From contig JADJXR010000001.1 in NCBI GenBank assembly GCA_016710285.1, forward strand, positions 3,373,338-3,437,337: a stretch of 64,000 bases of DNA, read 5' to 3'. The notes beneath the pieces were generated by a model. It had not been told where the DNA came from. It was given only the letters and a program-made list of their open reading frames with translations, and ran no database searches. Of this stretch, positions 38,642 through 48,542 are shown piece after piece (within the stretch, counting starts at the first letter, position 1; every line of letters begins with the position of its first letter). This DNA is from Chlorobiota bacterium. Its GTDB lineage: Bacteria; Bacteroidota; Ignavibacteria; OLB7. The position numbers and the translations under genes are program-made.

Positions 38642-39559
38642 ATGGACCTCAACGCATTCTGGATTATTCTTACTGGCGCGCTGGCGGCGGGGGCTTGCGC
38701 GTTGGTGGGATCGTTTTTGGTGCTGCGGAAAATGGCGATGCTGGGGGATGCGATTAGCCACGCCGTGCTTCCCGGGATTGCCATTGCCTTTTTCCTGACC
38801 GGAAGCCGCGCGCCGTTGCCGATGCTGATTGGCGCGGGGGTGCTGGGGGTTGCCGCCTCGGTGATGATCGAGGCGCTTCACCGCAGCGGAAAATTGCAGC
38901 AGGATGCCTCGATTGGCATCACCTTCACGTGGCTGTTTGCTGTTGGGGTGATCCTGATCTCACTCTTTGCCGGCGCGGTGGACCTGGACCAGGATTGCGT
39001 GCTGTATGGTGAGATTGCCTACGTCCCGCTGGACCTGATCACCACCGGAAGCGGCGCAAGCCTTGGGCCGCGTGCGGTGTGGGTGGTGGGTGGAATCTTC
39101 CTGCTGAACCTTGTGTTTGTGGTGGCGTTCTTCCGGCGGCTGACCATCGTCTCGTTCGACCCCGCGCTGGCCGCCTCGCTTGGGATTTCCACCGCGCTGT
39201 GGCACTACGCGTTGATGGGGATGGTCTCGCTTACCACCGTTGCTTCGTTCGAGTCGGTGGGGGCAATTTTGGTGGTGGCAATGTTGATTGCCCCGGCGGC
39301 CACCGCCTACCTTCTTACCGAGCGATTGAAACGAATGCTTGTTCTTTCGGTGGCTTCGGGGGTTCTTTCGGCGGTTGGTGGATACTATCTTGCAGCACTT
39401 CTTGATGGATCGGTTGCCGGAGCAATGGCAGTGGTTGCCGGGGTGCAGTTTGCGCTGGCGGCGATTGCAAGCCGATGGTGGGCGATAAAGGAGCAGAAAT
39501 CCGCGGCGCGAAGCCATTTGCCCGAAATCGGAGAACAGCTGCCAGCGGCTGGCGGATAA
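38642..39559 (+). CDS. metal ABC transporter permease (second ABC-3 permease)
   Basis: ABC-3 permease TM pattern (GDAISHAVLPGIAIAF...). ATG at 38642 (MDLNAFW) is taken; the ORF track uses a TTG at 38630. Confidence 0.85.
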   Translation: MDLNAFWIILTGALAAGACALVGSFLVLRKMAMLGDAISHAVLPGIAIAFFLTGSRAPLPMLIGAGVLGVAASVMIEALHRSGKLQQDASIGITFTWLFAVGVILISLFAGAVDLDQDCVLYGEIAYVPLDLITTGSGASLGPRAVWVVGGIFLLNLVFVVAFFRRLTIVSFDPALAASLGISTALWHYALMGMVSLTTVASFESVGAILVVAMLIAPAATAYLLTERLKRMLVLSVASGVLSAVGGYYLAALLDGSVAGAMAVVAGVQFALAAIASRWWAIKEQKSAARSHLPEIGEQLPAAGG

Positions 39560-39684
39560 GGATTGGCGGGGAATGTTGGATGTGAAAGCAAGTGTGGTGG
39601 GACCCGTCTGCATCGTTACCCATTTGCCAAGCAAGCCATCATCAAGACGGTTCCTTGCACAATCAATATCAACGCGCTACTCCC

Positions 39685-40254
39685 ATGAAAAAAGCCTTGA
39701 AGTGGATCGGCATTGGCCTGCTTGCTGCCTTCGTCATCATTCAATTCTTCCGTCCCGAACGCGAAAACCCGGCCAGCATTGCCGGCCAAAGCATCTGGGC
39801 CGATCCCACAATGACCCCAAAAGTGGAGCAGATACTGCGCCGCTCCTGCAACGATTGCCACTCCAACGAAACCGTCTGGCCCTGGTACAGCAACATCGCC
39901 CCTGTCTCCTGGCTTGTGGCGCATGATGTGGAAGAAGGGCGGAAGCATCTCAACTTCTCCACGTGGCTTACCCGCCCCGCCGAAAAACGGGAGCATAAGT
40001 TGGAGGAGATTGCCGAAGAAGTTCAGAAACGGGAGATGCCGCTGCCGATCTATCTTATCACCCACGGCGACGCAGCACTGAGCAACGAAGACGTAGCGGC
40101 CCTGAAAGAATGGAGCGATTATGCCCGCCGCCAACTAACCGCTCCACCCGCGCCAAGCCCAACAACAGCCGACTCGGGGGCAATCCCAGAAAAAAGTGCC
40201 GAGCTGAAGAAAATGGAAGAGAAGCGGGAGTTTATCCCCGAGCATCACCGCTAA
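39685..40254 (+). CDS. heme-binding domain-containing membrane-anchored protein
   Basis: N-terminal TM helix and a CNDCHS...W motif with a conserved Trp-rich segment (PF14376-like). Confidence 0.6.
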   Translation: MKKALKWIGIGLLAAFVIIQFFRPERENPASIAGQSIWADPTMTPKVEQILRRSCNDCHSNETVWPWYSNIAPVSWLVAHDVEEGRKHLNFSTWLTRPAEKREHKLEEIAEEVQKREMPLPIYLITHGDAALSNEDVAALKEWSDYARRQLTAPPAPSPTTADSGAIPEKSAELKKMEEKREFIPEHHR

Positions 40255-40303
40255 AGCGGGTGGATGTTTCCTTGATGTTACGCGGTTGTTCTCCAAATAT
40301 TCA

Positions 40304-41011
40304 ATGCCTACACAAACCCTTGTTATCGCGATTGACGGGCCAGCCGCCAGTGGGAAAAGCACCACTGCGCGGCTGGTTGCCGAACGGCTTGGCTACACCT
40401 ACATTGACACCGGCGCAATGTACCGCGCCGTGACGTTGGCGGCGCTCCGCCGGGGCCTGGACCCATCCGATGAAGCCGCCGTTAGTGCCCTTGCCAACGC
40501 ACTCCAGATTGCCTTTGTGCGCAACCCCGGCACCGGAAACCTGCAGACGCTGCTTGATGGCGAAGATGTCTCGCAGGAAATTCGCACCCCCCAGGTGACG
40601 CGGAACGTCTCGCTGGTAAGCAGCTATGCCGGCGTGCGTGGGCCGGTTGTGGCGTTGCAGCAACGGATGGGGGAGCAAGGTGGGGTGGTGATGGATGGCC
40701 GCGACATCGGGACCGTGGTCTTCCCAAACGCCGATCTGAAAATTTTTATGGTGGCCAATTTGGACGCACGCGCCGCGCGCCGCCATGTTGAACTGCAACA
40801 CCAGGGGACCGCGATTGGGCTGGATAATCTTGCCAACGAACTTGCCGAACGGGACCGCCAAGACAGCACCCGCCACCACAGCCCACTCCGCAAAGCCGAT
40901 GACGCGGTGGAGATTGATACTTCGGGGCTGACGATTGAGGAGCAGGTGGAGAAAGTGCTGGCGTTGGTTGCAAGCCGGCAAGCCCAGCACCAGCAGAACG
41001 AACATCAGTAA
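40304..41011 (+). CDS. cmk: cytidylate kinase
   Basis: [14 protein letters not shown]-loop. [10 protein letters not shown] matches Cmk. The ORF track start is a TTG at 40286. Confidence 0.9.
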   Translation: MPTQTLVIAIDGPAASGKSTTARLVAERLGYTYIDTGAMYRAVTLAALRRGLDPSDEAAVSALANALQIAFVRNPGTGNLQTLLDGEDVSQEIRTPQVTRNVSLVSSYAGVRGPVVALQQRMGEQGGVVMDGRDIGTVVFPNADLKIFMVANLDARAARRHVELQHQGTAIGLDNLANELAERDRQDSTRHHSPLRKADDAVEIDTSGLTIEEQVEKVLALVASRQAQHQQNEHQ

Positions 41012-41037
41012 AACCACCGCCACCTTCTTGTGAAGCC

Positions 41038-41397
41038 ATGACCTTCGACACCTTCCGCAGCTACTGCTTGGCCAAGCCGCACACGGACGAAAGTATGCCG
41101 TTCGATAACCAAACGCTGGTGTTCAAGGTTGCCGGGAAGATGTTCGCCCTTGCCAGCACCGATAGCTTGCCGTTGAGCGTGAACCTAAAATGCAAGCCAG
41201 AGCTGGCGTTGGACCTGCGCGAGCGGTACGAATCTGTCCGCCCGGGTTATCACATGAACAAAAAGCATTGGAACACAGTGGTGATGAATGGCGAAATTCC
41301 CACCCGTGAAATCCGCCAAATGATTGACCACTCCTACGATTTAGTGGTTTCCGGATTGCCGCAAAAGGTCCGCAAGGAGCTTTTCCCCCCGCAGTAA
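41038..41397 (+). CDS. MmcQ/YjbR-family DNA-binding protein
   Basis: Length and pattern (SYCLAKPHTDESMPFDNQTLVFKVAGKMFALA...KHWNTV) typical of the YjbR family. Confidence 0.65.
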   Translation: MTFDTFRSYCLAKPHTDESMPFDNQTLVFKVAGKMFALASTDSLPLSVNLKCKPELALDLRERYESVRPGYHMNKKHWNTVVMNGEIPTREIRQMIDHSYDLVVSGLPQKVRKELFPPQ

Positions 41398-41529
41398 CCG
41401 GTCCTGCCCGCTTCCGCCCGATGGGCAGTTCGCACTTGGTTCGGAAAAATCTGTTGGATTCTTTCCGCGCCGTTGTATCTTCGGCCCCGGTGCTTCAACT
41501 GTCCCATTCTTCCGAATCCCTGCCAACCT

Positions 41530-42978
41530 ATGAACGTCTGCTTCGTTGCTTCCGAAGTCGTCCCCTACGCAAAAACCGGCGGCCTTGCCGATGTCTCCGG
41601 TGCCCTTCCAAAATATCTGGCGCGCTACGGCTGCGATGTCCGCGTCTTCCTTCCGCTGTACAACATGGTGGAGACGCAGAAATACAACCTGCGTCCCGTG
41701 GATTCGATGCAGCGGATCGGGCTGCAATTTGGCGGGCGTTGGATCCATTTCTCGGTGTGGGGGGGGATGCTTCCCGACAGCAACGCCAGGGTCTTCCTGA
41801 TTGATTGCCCCGAACTGTACCACCGTGGCTCGGTCTATACCGACTCCGCCGACGAATACCTCCGTTTCGCGCTTCTTTCCAAAGCTGCCATCGAGTGCTG
41901 CCAGCGGATGGGGTTCGCCCCCGACATCATGCACTGCAACGACTGGCAAACCGGGCTTATCCCGCTGATGCTGAAAACCTTGTACTCCTGGGATCGCCTG
42001 TTCAGCCGCACCCGCACGGTGCTGACGTTGCACAACGTGGCCTACCAAGGGGTGTTTTCCGCAAGCACGATTGATGTTGTGGGGATGGGGGAGTACCGCC
42101 TCCGGTTCGACAACGACGACCTTCGCTACGGCATCGTCAATTGGATGAAAACGGGGATTTTCTACGCCGATGCCATCACCACGGTCAGCAAAACCTACGC
42201 CAAGGAGATCAGAACAGCAGAAGGGGGGGCGGGGCTGGATCACTTCCTGCGGCAGCGTGGCGGGGCGGTGGTCGGGATCGTCAACGGGGTGGATTACAAC
42301 GAATGGAGCCCCGAGAAAGACACGTTCATCAAATACAACTACTCCATCAACGACCTGAGCGGGAAAGAAGCCAGCAAGCAGGACCTTCTGCACCGGGTGA
42401 ACCTTACGTACGACCCCCAGGCTCCGGTCCTCGGGATCGTCTCGCGGCTGACCGACCAAAAAGGGTTCGATCTGATGTTCGACACGATTGACCAAGTGCT
42501 TTCGCGGCGGAACATCCGGCTGGTGGTGTTGGGAAGCGGGGATGAGCGATATGAGAAATTTTTCAGCGGGGTCCAAGCTCGCCACCGGGGGAAGGTCTGC
42601 TACTACAAGGGATACAGTAACGAACTGGCGCATTTGATTGAGGCCGGAGCGGATATTTTCCTGATGCCTTCACGGTTCGAGCCGTGCGGACTCAACCAGA
42701 TTTACAGCCTTCGCTACGGCACGGTTCCGGTGGTTCGGAAAACCGGCGGCCTTGCCGATACCGTCCAGCAGTTCGACCCAACCACCGGAAACGGCACGGG
42801 GTTCGTCTTCCGGCGGTTCTCACCGAAGGAGCTTTACTGGGCCATTGAGTTCGCAATCCACACGTGGCACAACCGCCCGGTGTGGCGGCAAATCATGCGG
42901 AATGGCATGAAGAAGAACTATTCGTGGGAGGCACAGGTGCAGCAGTACCTGCGGCTATATCTGCGATTGACATCATAG
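41530..42978 (+). CDS. glgA: glycogen synthase (GT5)
   Basis: MNVCFVASEVVPYAKTGGLADV N-terminal motif. Full-length GlgA architecture. Confidence 0.9.
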   Translation: MNVCFVASEVVPYAKTGGLADVSGALPKYLARYGCDVRVFLPLYNMVETQKYNLRPVDSMQRIGLQFGGRWIHFSVWGGMLPDSNARVFLIDCPELYHRGSVYTDSADEYLRFALLSKAAIECCQRMGFAPDIMHCNDWQTGLIPLMLKTLYSWDRLFSRTRTVLTLHNVAYQGVFSASTIDVVGMGEYRLRFDNDDLRYGIVNWMKTGIFYADAITTVSKTYAKEIRTAEGGAGLDHFLRQRGGAVVGIVNGVDYNEWSPEKDTFIKYNYSINDLSGKEASKQDLLHRVNLTYDPQAPVLGIVSRLTDQKGFDLMFDTIDQVLSRRNIRLVVLGSGDERYEKFFSGVQARHRGKVCYYKGYSNELAHLIEAGADIFLMPSRFEPCGLNQIYSLRYGTVPVVRKTGGLADTVQQFDPTTGNGTGFVFRRFSPKELYWAIEFAIHTWHNRPVWRQIMRNGMKKNYSWEAQVQQYLRLYLRLTS

Positions 42979-42996
42979 TTACCGACATCCTAACGA

Positions 42997-44253
42997 ATGC
43001 CCAACCCATTGTCGCAGCTTGGCGCAAGGGTTCGCGAACTTGCACACGAAGTAAGGGAACTATTGCGCTGGCGGCATTTCTCTGGACGATCAACCGACAG
43101 AATGAACAAACTGAAAACATACGAGCAGCAACTGGTAGATCTGCATGACATTGAGGACAAAGCCGAGCGGGAAAAGAAAGCAGCGGCGTTGTATGCTACC
43201 ATAAAGCGGGAGTGCGGAACCCCAATGGCATTGGAAGGCCGGGCGCATTTCTTTTTCTATGGCGATGCCAGCCATGTCATGCTGGCAGGGGATTGGACCT
43301 ACTGGCAAATGGCGGTTCCGTTCGAGCGTGTTGCCGAAACCAAGCTGTTCCAGGCGGTGATAGAGTTCCCCCGCACGGCGCGGCTTCAGTACAAATTGGT
43401 GGTGGATGGAAACTGGATTCTTGATCCCGGAAACACCCACACTTCTGCCGAAGGGTTCGGCGTGAACTCCGAATTCTGGATGGATGAGTACGAAGACCGC
43501 TCCTTCCTAACGCCCCCCCCAGGCAGCAAAACATTGCAGCGGGGAACCATCACCCGCCACAGCCTGCATAGCGAGGCGTTGCATGAGGATCGCGAGTTCT
43601 TCCTGTTCACCCCCCACAACGCCCCTGCCGATCCGCTGGTGGAGCACCAGTTGCTGATGGTTCACGATGGTGGGGAAGCGATCAGTATCGGGCGATTCCA
43701 TTATATCCTGGACCATCTGATGGCGGCCGGGAAGCTCCCTTCAACCTGCGCAATTTTTATCCCCCCTCACAATCGCCACACGGAGTACGCGCTCAACAAA
43801 AACTACGAGCGGTTCTGCGCGGAAGAAGTGATGTCGAAAGCGGTGGAAATCTGGAAAGAACGTGGCGTAACCATCAGCCAGGACCCGCAGGACCGCTGCG
43901 TTACGGGGGCTTCGCTTGGCGGGCTGCTTGCCACGCAAACCGCGCTTGACTTCCCCAAACAGCTTGGTGCGGTAATCGCCCAAAGCCCTGCCTACTGGGT
44001 GACCCGTGGCGCAATCTTCCGCCCGTCGGCCTTGAAAAACGCGCCCGACATCTTGTTCGTTCTGCAAACCGGAACCGTTTGCGATGCCCGTGAGCTAACC
44101 CGCATCATGTACGCACGATTGCGAAACGTTGGCGCAGAAACCACGTGCTTGGAGTACGTCCAGGGCCACACGTGGGGGAACTGGCGCACCAACCTTGCCG
44201 ATGGATTGCTGGCATGGCAACGCCTGAAAAATGTGGTTCTGGAACACGGGTAA
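42997..44253 (+). CDS. esterase-family alpha/beta hydrolase with an N-terminal glycogen-binding (CBM48/E-set-like) domain
   Basis: The N-terminal beta-sandwich region (FFFYGDASHVMLAGDWTYW...) precedes a putative-esterase fold (GASLGGLLA nucleophile elbow). It follows glgA. Confidence 0.65.
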   Translation: MPNPLSQLGARVRELAHEVRELLRWRHFSGRSTDRMNKLKTYEQQLVDLHDIEDKAEREKKAAALYATIKRECGTPMALEGRAHFFFYGDASHVMLAGDWTYWQMAVPFERVAETKLFQAVIEFPRTARLQYKLVVDGNWILDPGNTHTSAEGFGVNSEFWMDEYEDRSFLTPPPGSKTLQRGTITRHSLHSEALHEDREFFLFTPHNAPADPLVEHQLLMVHDGGEAISIGRFHYILDHLMAAGKLPSTCAIFIPPHNRHTEYALNKNYERFCAEEVMSKAVEIWKERGVTISQDPQDRCVTGASLGGLLATQTALDFPKQLGAVIAQSPAYWVTRGAIFRPSALKNAPDILFVLQTGTVCDARELTRIMYARLRNVGAETTCLEYVQGHTWGNWRTNLADGLLAWQRLKNVVLEHG

Positions 44254-44283
44254 CGGCCAAAAACAGAAGAGATATTTGAGAAC

Positions 44284-44313
44284 GGTAGCGGCCCCGACGT
44301 AGCCGGGGCTGCC
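44284..44313. repeat. short copy of the GC-rich palindromic repeat family (GGTAGCGGCCCCGACGTAGCCGGGGCTGCC)
   Basis: Shares the GGTAGC(C/G)GCCCCGAC start and the CCCCGAC/…CGGGG palindrome with the 38452 element. Confidence 0.3.
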
Positions 44314-44395
44314 TCCATTTCCCGCAAAAAATTCAGCACGTTGTTCGTGCTTCCTTCCAACTTCACACATCAACCTCCATTAACCGAGGAATCTT

Positions 44396-45580
44396 ATGGA
44401 TAACCGTCCTGCAGTACTCTGTGTCGTGGGCGCGCTGTTCGGGCGCCCGTTCCTGATTGAAGCAAAACGGCTTGGCTGGCGAGTTTTTTTGCTAACCGAG
44501 GAGAAATATTTGAAGGAAGCCTGGCCGCGAGAATCCATTGATGATATCTACGCCGTCCCCGATTTATTCGACGAGAAAGTTGTTCGCAACGTGGTCTGCT
44601 ATCTGATGCGGACGCAGAAATTCGACAAAATTGTTGGGCTTGGCGAGTTCGACATCGAGGTGGCCGCTGCTTTGCGCGAACACACCCGTATCCCAGGAAT
44701 GGGGGAGACCACGGCGCGGTATTTCCGCGATAAATTGGCCATGCGGAAAAAAGCGGAGGAGGAAGGAATCCCTGTTCCAGAATTCACCCGAATTTTGAAC
44801 CACGACGAAATTCGTGAGTATTTCCAGAACACCACCGGGCCATGGATGCTGAAGCCACGAATGGGCGCTTCGGCGATGAAGATCACAAAAATCTTCAACC
44901 CAGATGAAATTTGGCCAAAGCTGAACGAGCTTGGCGATAAGCAATCCCATTATTTGCTGGAGCGTTTTATCCCCGGCGACCTGTACCACGTTGATTCGCT
45001 GGTATCGGATGATAAAGTGGTGTTTGCAAGCTGCTCAAAATATGGCATGCCAATGCTGGACCTGAACACCTCCGGCGGCATTTTCACTTCTCGAATGTTG
45101 GAAAAAGGGAGCGAAGACGAAAAAGCGTTGCAGGCAGTCAACAAAAAAGTGATAAAAGGGTTGGGGCTGAAATGGGGATGCACTCATATTGAGTACATCA
45201 AGGGGAAGGATGATGGAAAATTCTACTTCCTTGAAGCGGGTGCGCGCGTTGGCGGTGCAAGAATCCCCGATATTATCTGGCACTCCACCGGAATTTGCTT
45301 GTGGCACGAATGGGCAAAAATTGAATTGCTGCCAAAAGGAGAGAAGTATAAACTGCCAACGCCCAACAAAGAATACGGAGCCGGAATCTTCACGCTGGCA
45401 CGCCAAGAAGAACCGAACATGGCCGCCTACACCGATCCCGAAGTGGCGTGGATCCAGAAGAAAAAACATTACGCTGGAATGATCCTGAAATCGCCCGATC
45501 CCAAGCGGTTGGAGGAAATCCTTGCAATGTATTATCCCCGGTTTGCGCAAGATTTCTTGGCGCACGTGCCAATGGCGTAA
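44396..45580 (+). CDS. ATP-grasp domain protein (carboxylate-amine ligase family)
   Basis: ATP-grasp fold signatures (WMLKPRMGASAMKI, FIPGDLYHVDSL, EYIKG..GKFYFLEAGARVGG). Confidence 0.7.
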   Translation: MDNRPAVLCVVGALFGRPFLIEAKRLGWRVFLLTEEKYLKEAWPRESIDDIYAVPDLFDEKVVRNVVCYLMRTQKFDKIVGLGEFDIEVAAALREHTRIPGMGETTARYFRDKLAMRKKAEEEGIPVPEFTRILNHDEIREYFQNTTGPWMLKPRMGASAMKITKIFNPDEIWPKLNELGDKQSHYLLERFIPGDLYHVDSLVSDDKVVFASCSKYGMPMLDLNTSGGIFTSRMLEKGSEDEKALQAVNKKVIKGLGLKWGCTHIEYIKGKDDGKFYFLEAGARVGGARIPDIIWHSTGICLWHEWAKIELLPKGEKYKLPTPNKEYGAGIFTLARQEEPNMAAYTDPEVAWIQKKKHYAGMILKSPDPKRLEEILAMYYPRFAQDFLAHVPMA

Positions 45581-45592
45581 CGGCGCATCGCA

Positions 45593-45634
45593 GCTGGGTC
45601 GGAAAAAATACTTTCCGGCCCAGCGTTTTTTTTA
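45593..45634 (+). terminator. Rho-independent terminator (GCTGGGTCGGAAA-loop-TTTCCGGCCCAGC plus T8)
   Basis: 13-bp stem with one G·U pair, followed by TTTTTTTTT. The T-run overlaps the glcF stop on the opposite strand. Confidence 0.8.
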
Positions 45635-46888
45635 TTGGCCGAACTCCATCACCCAATCGGCAATGTGAACCACCCTAACACCGTTGGCCCCGGCAGCCGA
45701 AAGGCTTGCACGAATCTGCATGATGCACCCAATATTTGCCGCCACCACCACCGTTGCTTCGGTTGCAAGAATATTTTTTGCTTTCCGTGCGCCAAGCCGC
45801 TGCGCAAGCTCTGGCTGGGTGATGTTGTAGCTTCCCGCGCTGCCGCAACAAATATCTGCTTCGGGAAGCTCAACAAAGTTTTCGCCAAGAATGCTCCGCA
45901 GCAATGTGCGCGGCTGTTCGGCGATATTCTGCGCGTGACATAAATGGCAGGCATCGTGGTAGGTCGTGCGCGGGTGGTTCGTTGCCTTTTTGTTGAAATC
46001 ATCCGGCAGTTCGTGCAATATCTCCGTTACATCCCGCACCTTGCTGCTGAATTGTTCGGCGCGTGCGTGCCACTGCGGGTTGCCGTTGAATAATTGAGGA
46101 TATTCCTTCATCGTTGAGCCACACCCGGCGGCATGTACAAGAACAACATCAACCTCAGCGCGCTCAAAAAAAGCGATCATTGCTTGTGCGCGGGCTCTTG
46201 CCTGCTCCATATTTCCAGAGTGTGCATGAATTGCCCCGCAGCAGGCACTCCCCGAATCAGCAGTTATCTGATAGCCACACGCTTGCGCCGCCGAAATTGT
46301 GGCGCGATTTGTCTCAGGAAATAGCACGCTGGCAACGCATCCACCCATTATTCCTGTCGCAATTTTCTTTTCACGTACCCCTTGCCTGGTAATTTTTTCT
46401 GCCGTGTTATTGCTGGATTTTGGTGGGAGCAATGCAGCCATTGCGCGTAGTCGTTGCGGAAGCAATGCCATTCCCCCAATCCGCTGCATCCACCGTGCTG
46501 AAACGGTGGATAACCGCAACGCCGTTGGCGAAATAAGCAGCCGTTCCACCACGACGCGTTGCAGCAATCGTTTTGGCAGCGGCATGGTGCGGTGCTGGCG
46601 AATAATTTCGCGAGTTCTTTCTATCATCGCTCCATATTCCACTCCGCTTGGGCAAACCGCTTCGCAGGCACGGCAACCCAAACAGCGGTCAATGTGGTTG
46701 GCAATGCCATTGGTGAGCGGAAATCTGCCATCGTCCAATCCGCGCATTAAATGGATGCGCCCGCGCGGGGAATCGTTCTCGTTTCCCGTTTCTAAAAATG
46801 TTGGACACGCTTGCAAACATAGCCCGCAATGGATGCAAGCATCCGATTTTTCCCGATCAAGAAATGGCGGAATCGGGGCCGGATTCAT
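45632..46888 (-). CDS. glcF: glycolate oxidase iron-sulfur subunit
   Basis: Two 4Fe-4S ferredoxin motifs (CIHCGLCLQACP, CLGCRACEAVCP) plus C-terminal CCG domains. Confidence 0.85.
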   Translation of the reverse strand: MNPAPIPPFLDREKSDACIHCGLCLQACPTFLETGNENDSPRGRIHLMRGLDDGRFPLTNGIANHIDRCLGCRACEAVCPSGVEYGAMIERTREIIRQHRTMPLPKRLLQRVVVERLLISPTALRLSTVSARWMQRIGGMALLPQRLRAMAALLPPKSSNNTAEKITRQGVREKKIATGIMGGCVASVLFPETNRATISAAQACGYQITADSGSACCGAIHAHSGNMEQARARAQAMIAFFERAEVDVVLVHAAGCGSTMKEYPQLFNGNPQWHARAEQFSSKVRDVTEILHELPDDFNKKATNHPRTTYHDACHLCHAQNIAEQPRTLLRSILGENFVELPEADICCGSAGSYNITQPELAQRLGARKAKNILATEATVVVAANIGCIMQIRASLSAAGANGVRVVHIADWVMEFGQ

Positions 46889-47553
46889 GGCAGGGAATCT
46901 CCTTTCCGAAGCAGAAAAACTTTTTCCTGCAAGGCGGTTATTCCCCGCTCGCGCAGGTGTGCATTTCCCGACAAAACATCGGCAGTGTGGAGCAATTCAA
47001 CGTCCTTCCAATTGCTGAATAATTCCCGCACCTCGGCCTCTTCAAGCGAAAAAGGTGGTCCCGACATTTCGTGCTGCGGATACTCCACCGTTACCAGCAG
47101 CGTCTTGAACAATGGCGGATAGATGTTGTTGAAATGCTCAACGTATCGGCGGCGCATTTCTGGCGGGAAGGCGAACAACGCTGCACGGTCGAAACTGGCC
47201 GAAGTGCCGGCAAGGTGATCCTTGCGCAAGTGAAAAATATCGCCGCAAAGAATGGTGATTCCGTCCGATTCAAACCGCAAAAAACGGCCATTTTGCGATT
47301 CGGTGAACGCGAGTTCGTTCTCGGAAAAAAATGCTCGAACAGCAAGTTCGCTTAGCTCGACCCCAACCACGCAGAAGCCTTGATCGCGCAGATAGAGTAT
47401 GTCCAACGATTTGCCGCACATCGGCATAAACACCGAATTACCCAATTCCAGGCGCAAGGCGGGCAGATATTCCTTCAACAACGGATTTGCTTCGGACAGG
47501 TGAAATCCAATTTGATTTTTCCGCCACCGAGCTTCCCAAAATGATGGTTCCAT
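46885..47553 (-). CDS. tpm: thiopurine S-methyltransferase (TPMT family SAM-dependent methyltransferase)
   Basis: WEARWRKNQIGFH...VFMPMCGKSLDILYL...VVGVELSELAV matches the TPMT signature. Confidence 0.8.
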   Translation of the reverse strand: MEPSFWEARWRKNQIGFHLSEANPLLKEYLPALRLELGNSVFMPMCGKSLDILYLRDQGFCVVGVELSELAVRAFFSENELAFTESQNGRFLRFESDGITILCGDIFHLRKDHLAGTSASFDRAALFAFPPEMRRRYVEHFNNIYPPLFKTLLVTVEYPQHEMSGPPFSLEEAEVRELFSNWKDVELLHTADVLSGNAHLRERGITALQEKVFLLRKGDSLP

Positions 47554-47597
47554 GAGCGTGATTGTTTACGTGATATTTGCTGATCGTATTTCCGTTT

Positions 47598-48542
47598 CTA
47601 CTCTGTGTCTGAATTTCCAATGCGAAACACCCCAGCTGGGTCAAATTTCTGGACTAATCGTCGGAGAAGATTCGCGTTGGCGTTGGAGCTTTTTTGCCCC
47701 GCTGTTCCGTTGCGAAAAACTCCATTCCCGGCATGGGCAAGGATCGGGATGTTTGGCAGGGATGCAATCGCCGCGCATAATTGCGAGGGAAGAACGGAGT
47801 TCGCCCTATGTATTTCCGGAATTCTCTGAATTGCCGAATCAATATATCCGCCGTCGCATTCCCGAAATCGGCCGATGGAATCCAGAATATCCGCTTGCCA
47901 CGCCACATCCTCGCTTGCCCCCGCAAAACCGATAACAATATTCCAGCTTCCGGCATCGTTGCAGTTGTGCAGATCGAGCAATATTGGGGTGACGGGGGAT
48001 TGGAGTATTTGAGCGATGAAGGCATCCGCTTCGGAAAGGGTGCGAAATTCCCGCACGAACAATTTTTCGGATTCCGGCAACGGGCGCAGCTTGAAGGTGG
48101 CTTCAAGAATTATCCCGATTATTCCCTGGCTTCCAACAAACAGCTTGCAAAGGTCAAACCCCGCCACATTTTTCACGACCTGGCCTCCCGAGCGTATCAC
48201 CCGCCCATCCGGCAGCATCACGGTGATGCCGATACTCTGTTCCCGAATGGTTCCGTAGCCGTAGCGGCGCGAACCGCTTAGATTGCTGGAAATTATTTGC
48301 TCGATTGTTGGCGATGTTGTTGCCGGTGGGTCAATCGGAAGCCATTGCCGGTGCGGGGCCAGTGCCAACTGTAGTTCGGCCAACGTGACGTTCGATGAAA
48401 CCGTCACCGTTAGGTCGTCGGCACGGTGCAGGATGGAGCGGGGGAGCAGCGACAAATCCCAACCAACGATCTGCGCGCCGGTTGCTGCCGCGTTTCGCAA
48501 GCTGCTGGCAAGCTGTTCGATGGAAATTGGCTGCGGTATCAT
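47598..48542 (-). CDS. glcE: glycolate oxidase FAD-binding subunit
   Basis: FAD-binding PCMH-type domain (GTIREQSIGITVMLPDGRVIRSGGQVVKNVAGFDL). ATG at 48542 overlaps the glcD stop (ATGA); the ORF track start at 48578 is a TTG. Confidence 0.8.
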   Translation of the reverse strand: MIPQPISIEQLASSLRNAAATGAQIVGWDLSLLPRSILHRADDLTVTVSSNVTLAELQLALAPHRQWLPIDPPATTSPTIEQIISSNLSGSRRYGYGTIREQSIGITVMLPDGRVIRSGGQVVKNVAGFDLCKLFVGSQGIIGIILEATFKLRPLPESEKLFVREFRTLSEADAFIAQILQSPVTPILLDLHNCNDAGSWNIVIGFAGASEDVAWQADILDSIGRFRECDGGYIDSAIQRIPEIHRANSVLPSQLCAAIASLPNIPILAHAGNGVFRNGTAGQKSSNANANLLRRLVQKFDPAGVFRIGNSDTE

